NCBI GenBank assembly: GCA_051276005.1
Contig: JBNMOZ010000092.1
Span: 1-12,901, forward strand
Direction of reading: 5' to 3'
DNA length: 12,901 nucleotides
Origin: Bradymonadia bacterium
GTDB lineage: Bacteria; Myxococcota_A; Bradymonadia; UBA7976; UBA1532
Below are positions 6,855 through 12,209 of this stretch, in pieces (the first letter of the stretch is position 1; every line of letters begins with the position of its first letter). The position numbers were made by a program, and so were the translations under genes. The notes under the pieces are model-generated. The model was not told the origin of the DNA, ran no database searches, and saw only the letters and a list, made by a program, of their open reading frames with translations.

Positions 6855-8099
6855 TCATCCTCCTCGGGGTCCGAAAAGCGCAGTGCCGATGCGCACATGG
6901 GTCGCGCCCTCGGCGATGGCGTCGGCGAAGTCGGCCGACATGCCCATCGATCGCACCGGCAGGCTCAGCGCGTCGGCTAGAGTCCGTATCGTCTCAAAGT
7001 GTGGGCGCGGCGGCTGACCCGCGGGCGGGATGCACATGAGCCCCTGCACCGTCAGCCCGTCCACCGCGTTGAGGGCGTTGACCAGGCCGTTGACTTCGCC
7101 CGGCGCGGCCCCACCCTTCTGCGGCTCATCGCCCACGTTGACCTGCACCAGGACGTCGAGGGATCGCCCCACGTCGACCGCGCCGCGCGCGAGCGCCTCA
7201 CCCACCCGCAGCCGGTCGACCGCGTGCACCATGTTGGCGTGGGCGCCGATGAACCGGGCCTTGTTGCGCTGCACGCGCCCGATGAAGTGCCAGTTGGGCG
7301 CGGGCCAGGACGGCGGGGCGGCGCTGAAGGCCTCGATCTTGGCCTTCCACTCCTGCACGTAGCTCTCGCCGAGGGGCACGAGCCCGATGCGCACCGCCTC
7401 GCGCAGCTTCGCGACGCTGTGGCCCTTGCTCACGGCGATGATGGTCGGCTCGGCGCGCCCGATGCTTGCCGTCGCGACGGCCTCTCGGACGCGGGCCGCT
7501 CGCACGGCAAGATCACCGGGAAAGGTCGAGATGCCCAGCGCCTGCAGATCGGCGCAGACCGACGCGATGGGCAGGCCGACCACGCCATCGTATGGCCCAT
7601 CGATGTGCTCGACGAATCCACCCGCGCCGCTCTGGATGCCGTAAGCGCCGGCCTTGTCGAAGGGGTCGCCCGACGCGATATAGGCCCCAATCATGCTCGA
7701 ATTGAGGGCCTTGAACCGCACGGATGTCGACGTATGACCCACCCGCAGATCGCCGCCAGGGCTGGTCCCTCGCGCGAGCGCCCAGGCGGTGATCACCTGG
7801 TGGGTCTGCCCGGAGAGTCGCCCCAGCATGTCGCCGGCTTCGGTCGCGTCGGCGGGCTTGCCCAAGATGTGCCCGCCGATCGTCACGACGGTGTCGCTGC
7901 CCAGCGCCCAACGCCCGTCACGGGTGCCCGCGACGGCCTTCTCTTCGGCCATTCGGCAGGCGAACGCGAGCGGCGCTTCGCCGGGGTGCGGCGTCTCGTC
8001 GAGATCGACCGGGCAGACCTCGACGGGCACGCCGACGCTCGCCATGAAGGCACGTCGCCGGGGCGAAGCAGAGGCCAGAATCAACAGATCTTTACTCAT
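6855..8099 (-). CDS. maf-yggS: Fusion protein: N-terminal Maf nucleoside-triphosphate pyrophosphatase plus C-terminal YggS-family PLP-binding (PLP homeostasis) protein
   Basis: Single 414-codon ORF starting at ATG 8099. Residues ~1-192 carry the Maf motifs LILASASPRRR, GSDTVV, ILGKP, DKAGAYGIQ and GPYDGVVGLP. Residues ~200-414 carry the YggS motifs IIAVSK, GESYVQE, WHFIGRVQRNK, HAVDRLRV, GLMCIPP and SMGMSADFADAIAEGATHVRIGTALFG. There is no stop or frame change between the halves. Confidence 0.9.
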   Translation of the reverse strand: MSKDLLILASASPRRRAFMASVGVPVEVCPVDLDETPHPGEAPLAFACRMAEEKAVAGTRDGRWALGSDTVVTIGGHILGKPADATEAGDMLGRLSGQTHQVITAWALARGTSPGGDLRVGHTSTSVRFKALNSSMIGAYIASGDPFDKAGAYGIQSGAGGFVEHIDGPYDGVVGLPIASVCADLQALGISTFPGDLAVRAARVREAVATASIGRAEPTIIAVSKGHSVAKLREAVRIGLVPLGESYVQEWKAKIEAFSAAPPSWPAPNWHFIGRVQRNKARFIGAHANMVHAVDRLRVGEALARGAVDVGRSLDVLVQVNVGDEPQKGGAAPGEVNGLVNALNAVDGLTVQGLMCIPPAGQPPRPHFETIRTLADALSLPVRSMGMSADFADAIAEGATHVRIGTALFGPRGG

Positions 8100-8135
8100 C
8101 GATGCGAGCCTAGTCTGGAACGTGCGCGAGCGGTA

Positions 8136-8166
8136 GTCGCCCGAAACGGGCCACCCGGCCGGCGAC
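8136..8166 (-). terminator. GC-rich stem-loop downstream of the hydrolase gene; possible terminator without a U-tract
   Basis: On the minus strand, 9 nt after the stop (8178-8176), GTCGCC...GGCGAC forms an outer stem that encloses GCCCG-TTT-CGGGC. No T-run follows. Confidence 0.2.
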
Positions 8167-8175
8167 CCGATGCGG

Positions 8176-8997
8176 TCAGCTGAGCTGGGCGCGCAACACC
8201 TCGATGACCCGAGCGACCGCCTTCTGGGTGAGGCTGCCCGCCGCGTTGACCAGATCGGTCGTCAGCACCGAGTGGGGCGTGGGTCCGCCGGTCACCTTAT
8301 TGTGCGCTGAGTCCGGCAGCACGATCGCCTCGAATCGATCACCCGCCATGGCCCGAATCGAGTCAAACCGCGCGCGCGGGCACATGCGATCGCCCTCGAA
8401 GCGAAGGCCAAGGATGGGCACATCGACCCGCTCGGCGACGATGGCCTTCTCTTCGGGGCTCATATGCAGCGCGCCAGTCATCAGACCCGGCAGACCCGGC
8501 TGGCTGGCCACCGCCGCGATCACGGCGGGCTCGCACACCAACGTCAGCGCGAAGTTGCCCGACATGCACATGCCAATAACCCCGATGCCCTTGCCGCCCA
8601 CATCGGCGTGGGCAACCCGCGCGAGGGCCCGCAGCCATTGGGTGACCGGGCTGGCGTGGTTGCGCGCGAAGACGTGAATCTCGCGCGAGATGCACGCCCG
8701 GATGATGCCGCGCGCGATGCCGTAGGGCGTGGGCGTTCGGCTGCCGGGCTTCGCGAACAGGTCGGGCACGAAGACCGTGAACCCCGCGGCGACCAGCCAG
8801 TTGCCCAGTCGCCACAGCTCGGGGTTGATGCCGGGCATCTCGATCATCAGCAGCACGGCTGGCCCCGCACCCGCGCGGTAGACGGGGTGATGCATGCCGC
8901 CGTGCTCAAAGTCGAAACAGTCGGCGAAGACCGTGGTGTTCGCACGGGCCGGGTCGAGGATCGTCTCGAGCGCGAGGATCGGTTCAATGGGTGTCAT
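8176..8997 (-). CDS. Dienelactone hydrolase family alpha/beta hydrolase
   Basis: 273-aa ORF of DLH-like length. It has a G-x-C-x-G nucleophile elbow (GVIGMCMSGNFAL) and alpha/beta-hydrolase-like alternation of hydrophobic strands (AVLLMIEMPG, FTVFVPDLF, VPILGLRFEGD). The ATG at 8997 sits exactly at the GC-to-AT composition break. Confidence 0.8.
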   Translation of the reverse strand: MTPIEPILALETILDPARANTTVFADCFDFEHGGMHHPVYRAGAGPAVLLMIEMPGINPELWRLGNWLVAAGFTVFVPDLFAKPGSRTPTPYGIARGIIRACISREIHVFARNHASPVTQWLRALARVAHADVGGKGIGVIGMCMSGNFALTLVCEPAVIAAVASQPGLPGLMTGALHMSPEEKAIVAERVDVPILGLRFEGDRMCPRARFDSIRAMAGDRFEAIVLPDSAHNKVTGGPTPHSVLTTDLVNAAGSLTQKAVARVIEVLRAQLS

Positions 8998-9143
8998 GTG
9001 TCCAATAATAACGCGGAACCCGAATTTTTAATCCAGCCTTTTCAGGCACTTGTGAAATTAGTTCAAATTTTTCTGCGACACGGCGGCCGTGCGCCCGATG
9101 GGGAAGGTGAGCGCCACTTTCGCTGCGCCCCGAGGAGCCTGTC
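8998..9143. promoter_or_regulatory. Divergent intergenic promoter region with an AT-rich island and the RBS and leader hairpin of the downstream plus-strand gene
   Basis: About 75 bp (8998-9072) are strikingly AT-rich against the GC-rich background. On the minus strand, TATTAT (9010-9005) lies 7 nt from the hydrolase ATG. On the plus strand, TTCAGG/TTGTGA -35-like elements and AT-rich -10 candidates lie around 9041-9070. A hairpin spans 9075-9094 (8 bp with one bulge, 3-nt loop). GAGGAG (9132-9137) lies 6 nt before ATG 9144. Confidence 0.5.
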
Positions 9144-11186
9144 ATGTCTGTCCGATTCTCGAAGATTGCCGCCCTGATCGCCCAAGTCGCCTTCATCTGC
9201 TGCGCCACCGCCGCGTGTGACGACGCGACCGCCCCGCCGCCCGCGGTCGCCGGAACGCTCGACCCTGGCCCGCTCGACCCTGGCCCGCTCGACCCTGGCC
9301 CGCTCGACCCGGGGCCTGTCGCCCCGTCGACCCGGGCACCGTCGCCGAACCCGCCGCACCTCATGGACGCCTCCACCCCCTCCATCGCAGCGCCGGTGAT
9401 GGTCGACCCGATCACCAACGCCGCGACCTGCTTCGCCAGCCCCGAGCGCTGCAACGCGATCGACGATGATTGCGATGGCGGCATCGATGAGGGCCTGCGC
9501 AACGCCTGCGGTGAATGCGGCCCCGCGGCCGCCGAGCTGTGCAACGGCGAAGACGACGACTGCGATGGCGTCATCGACGAGGACGCGATGGGCGTGGGCG
9601 TCGACTGCACGACGGCTCTGGGCGCGTGCCGTCAAACCGGCCTGCGATCCTGCGACGATGGCGCGCTGCGCTGCGCCACGCCGGCGGTCGTCGAGCCGGT
9701 CGCTGAGCGCTGCGATGCCATCGACAATGACTGCGACGGCGTCACCGATGAGGCGCTCGCCCTGGGCGAGATCTGCGCTGTCGGTCGGGGCGCCTGCGCG
9801 GCGAGCGGCATCCTCATCTGCGACGCGCGGACGGACAGCGTCATTTGCTCCGCCGATCCCGGACCAGCTGCCCCCGATGTCTGTGACGGCGAAGACAACG
9901 ACTGCGACGGCGTCACCGACGAGCAGAGCGTGATCGCTGATGCCTGCATGTCGGCGCTGGGTGCCGTCTGCCAGCGCCAAGGCGCCATGATCTGCGCCGC
10001 CGACGGTCCGGCCTGCGGCGCGCCGATGCCGACGGCAGGCGAATGCGCCCAAGCTCGGCCGACGACCGTCGACGCCAACGACCGCTTCGCCTGCGCGATC
10101 AACGCGGATGCCCAGGTCAAGTGCTGGGGCGACGTGCGCTTTTTGGGCGGCGCAGCGCTGATTGGTGACGATCGAAACGAGCTGGGTGGGCGTCTGCAGC
10201 CGATCGATCTCGCCATGCCGGTGCACAGCGTCGCCGTGGGCGGCGACTTCGGGTGCGCGCTGAGCGCCGACAGTCAGCTTAAGTGCTGGGGACAGAACGC
10301 GGCGGGCCAGCTGGGCCAGGGCGACCGGATCGCTCGCGGCGCAGACTTCAAAGACATGGCGCACGCGCTGCACAGCATCGACCTCGACATGCGCCCCGTC
10401 CAGGTCGTCGCGGGCGCCGCGTTCGCCTGCGCGCTCGATGATGTCGGTCAGGTCAAGTGCTGGGGCGACAACGTGATGGGCAGCTTGGGCCAGGGCGATC
10501 TGAGCGTGCGCGGCGATCAGCCTGACGAGATGGGCCGCGCGCTTCCGGCCGTCGATCTGGGCGACTTCGCCCCCATCAAGCTGGCCGCGGGCGACGCGCA
10601 TGTGTGCGGCCTCGACGCCCAGGGCACCGTCAAGTGCTGGGGCGCCAACGACCACCAGCAGCTCGCCGTGATGGGGCGCGACAACCACCGCGGCGACGAC
10701 GCCGACGAGATGGGGGCACAGCTGCCCGTCGTCGGCCTGCGCGCCAACATCGTCGACATCGCGGCGGGCCCGCGCCACACCTGCGCCGTCAGCGAGCTGG
10801 GCGCGGTGGACTGCTGGGGCGAAGGGTACGGCTTCGCGCCCGTCGGCCTGAACCTGCGTGACCATGCGGCGGTCACGGTCAATGCCGGCGCCCAGACCTG
10901 CATCCTTGATGACGCCGGCACCACGGTGTGCTGGGGGCTCATCGATGGCATCGCCCAGATCGACGATCCCGCCCTGCCCGGCACGATCCATCGCGTGGCG
11001 CTGCCTCGCCCGACCGTCGAATTGGCCACCAGCGCCGCGATGAACTGCGCCGTCGACGTCGACGGCGACCTGCGCTGCTGGGGTCGCAATGAGGTGGGGC
11101 AGCTGGGCCAGGGCGACGTGCGCGACCGCACCGCCGCCGACGTGATGGACCTGTTCCCCGTGTCGCTGGACGACCAGCAGCTTTAG
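9144..11186 (+). CDS. Secreted protein or putative lipoprotein: Pro/Gly tether, four Cys-rich putative metal-binding (MopE-like, DxDxDG-type) modules, and a seven-bladed RCC1-like beta-propeller
   Basis: 680-aa ORF with a GAGGAG RBS. The signal peptide MSVRFSKIAALIAQVAFICCATAAC has a possible lipobox Cys25. LDPGP occurs 4 times. The motif C-[ND]-[AG]-x-D-[DN]-D-C-D-G-x-x-D-E occurs 4 times, starting at C103, C133, C190 and C247. There are seven repeats of C-x9-C-W-G, several followed by N..GQLGQGD, the RCC1-type signature. Confidence 0.9.
   Translation: MSVRFSKIAALIAQVAFICCATAACDDATAPPPAVAGTLDPGPLDPGPLDPGPLDPGPVAPSTRAPSPNPPHLMDASTPSIAAPVMVDPITNAATCFASPERCNAIDDDCDGGIDEGLRNACGECGPAAAELCNGEDDDCDGVIDEDAMGVGVDCTTALGACRQTGLRSCDDGALRCATPAVVEPVAERCDAIDNDCDGVTDEALALGEICAVGRGACAASGILICDARTDSVICSADPGPAAPDVCDGEDNDCDGVTDEQSVIADACMSALGAVCQRQGAMICAADGPACGAPMPTAGECAQARPTTVDANDRFACAINADAQVKCWGDVRFLGGAALIGDDRNELGGRLQPIDLAMPVHSVAVGGDFGCALSADSQLKCWGQNAAGQLGQGDRIARGADFKDMAHALHSIDLDMRPVQVVAGAAFACALDDVGQVKCWGDNVMGSLGQGDLSVRGDQPDEMGRALPAVDLGDFAPIKLAAGDAHVCGLDAQGTVKCWGANDHQQLAVMGRDNHRGDDADEMGAQLPVVGLRANIVDIAAGPRHTCAVSELGAVDCWGEGYGFAPVGLNLRDHAAVTVNAGAQTCILDDAGTTVCWGLIDGIAQIDDPALPGTIHRVALPRPTVELATSAAMNCAVDVDGDLRCWGRNEVGQLGQGDVRDRTAADVMDLFPVSLDDQQL
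9258..9317 (+). repeat. 15-bp in-frame tandem repeat, 3 perfect copies plus 1 degenerate copy
   Basis: ctcgaccctggcccg is repeated perfectly at 9258-9272, 9273-9287 and 9288-9302. A fourth copy, ctcgacccggggcct, lies at 9303-9317. The repeat encodes (LDPGP)x4 directly after the signal peptide. Confidence 0.95.
9450..10046 (+). repeat. Four tandem Cys-rich modules at protein level within the lipoprotein gene
   Basis: The modules are CNAIDDDCDGGIDEG, CNGEDDDCDGVIDED, CDAIDNDCDGVTDEA and CDGEDNDCDGVTDEQ. The last three are each followed by a C..(G)..C...G...C.....C tail. This resembles the putative metal-binding motif common in myxobacterial secreted proteins. Confidence 0.75.
10080..11168 (+). 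repeat. Seven RCC1-like propeller blades at protein level
   Basis: Cys pairs lie at residues 317/327, 371/381, 429/439, 488/498, 547/557, 586/596 and 635/645. Each pair has the form C-x9-C-W-G. DNA-level echoes include gtcaagtgctggggcga and cagctgggccagggcga. Confidence 0.8.
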
Positions 11187-11195
11187 CTTCGTTCA

Positions 11196-11213
11196 GGCTC
11201 AGGCGCCTCAGCC
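11196..11213. terminator. Imperfect palindrome between convergent genes; possible bidirectional terminator
   Basis: GGCTCAGGCGCCTCAGCC is self-complementary except for one C/C mismatch. It sits in the 45-nt gap between the stops at 11186 (plus) and 11232 (minus). There is no clear U-tract. Confidence 0.3.
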
Positions 11214-11231
11214 TCGGTGCGCGAGGCGGCT

Positions 11232-12209
11232 CTACCGAAGGCCCGCGGCGAGCTCGAAGGCGTCGAGCAGCGGGGTGGTGAAGTCGACGCCGCTGAAGCG
11301 CTCGGCGTCGCCCAGTCCGCCCGGACTGAACACGTTGACCTCGACGACCTTCGAGCCGATCAAGTCGAGGCCCACCAAGAACAAGCCGTCCGCCGCGAGC
11401 TGCGGGGCCACGGCCGCCGAGATGACCTCGACCCCCGGAATTTCGGTGACCAGCTCGGCGGATCCACCCCGAAACACATTGCTGCGAAAGTCGCCCTTGG
11501 GCGGCCGCCGGCGCACCGCCGCGAAGGCGCCATCGACCTTGAGCGGCACCCCGTTGACGAGCAGCACCCGCACGTCGCCATCCACCGCCTCAGGCACGTA
11601 GCCCTGCGCCATCACCGGGCCTTGCCGACACAGCACGTCGATGATCTGCGCCAGGTTATCGGCGCCGGCCTGCACCCGAAATACATCGGTGCCCCGCGTG
11701 CCTATCAGCGGCTTGAGCACCACCGGGCCCCCCGCGTCGGCCACGAAGGCGCGCAGCTGTTCAGGCCGCTGGGCGACCAGCGTCGGCGGGCGCACCGACT
11801 CGGGCAGATGATGCAGGTACAGCTTCGTCTCGGCGCGATGCAGACCCAGGGGGTGATTGAGGATCGCGACGCCCCGATCGGCCGCGATCTCCAAGATCGC
11901 CAGCGCTGCGCCATGCACGTCCGGTCGGCTGTAGCGGCCCGGGTTGGTGCGCAGCCAGACGGCGTCGCCCACCGCCAGCGTGCAAGCCGCCTCGGGGGTG
12001 TGCTGCAAAGCCCCAAGCATCGCCTCGATGGTCTTCGTCGGGGTCACCGTGCGCGCCGCCAACCGCACCTGCCCCGCGGGATCGATGCTCAACCCGTCGA
12101 TGGGGCAGACCGTCACGGCGTGTCCGCGCTGCGCCAGGCGCAGGACCAGCTGAGCGGTGGTCTGCGATGGCGATAACGTGCTGACTTCATTGATAATAAC
12201 ATGGATCAT
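11232..12209 (-). CDS. ATP-grasp ligase of the glutathione synthetase (GshB)/RimK type
   Basis: 325-aa ORF that is collinear with E. coli GshB blocks. Examples: [11 protein letters not shown] vs [28 protein letters not shown] vs [40 protein letters not shown] vs [42 protein letters not shown] vs [40 protein letters not shown] vs GLIFVGLDIIGDRLTEINVTSP. The ATG at 12209 overlaps the upstream stop as ATGA. Confidence 0.85.
   Translation of the reverse strand: [325 protein letters not shown]

Noticed and set aside
6845-6898. Longer proC start at 6898 as listed in the track (MCASALRFSDPEEDEVPQ...)
   Set aside because: It would overlap the maf-yggS coding end by 44 nt and adds a non-conserved extension. 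ATG 6844 has a GAGGTG RBS and leaves a normal distance to the GFIGCG Rossmann motif.
6999-8183. 394-aa plus-strand ORF, together with 6056-7039 (+)
   Set aside because: Both are antisense shadows of maf-yggS and proC, whose minus-strand translations carry complete family signatures.
9051-9066. CRP/FNR-like half-site TGTGA in the AT-rich promoter island
   Set aside because: The partner half, 6 nt away, is TTCAA rather than TCACA. That is only 2 of 5 matches, so it is not a credible palindromic site.
9258-9317. Short direct repeats considered as a possible CRISPR or mini-array
   Set aside because: The units are contiguous with no spacers, only 15 bp long, in-frame and inside a well-supported CDS. 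This is a coding tandem repeat, not CRISPR.
9063-10991. 642-aa minus-strand ORF, the longest complete ORF in the track
   Set aside because: It is antisense to the RCC1-like lipoprotein gene. The plus-strand frame has an RBS, a signal peptide and 4 plus 7 regular protein repeats. The minus-strand product is Ala/Arg/Gly/Asp/Val-rich low-complexity sequence, and it would begin inside the AT-rich promoter region without signals.
11217-12176. 319-aa plus-strand ORF
   Set aside because: It is an antisense shadow of the GshB-like ATP-grasp gene, which aligns block-for-block with glutathione synthetase on the minus strand.
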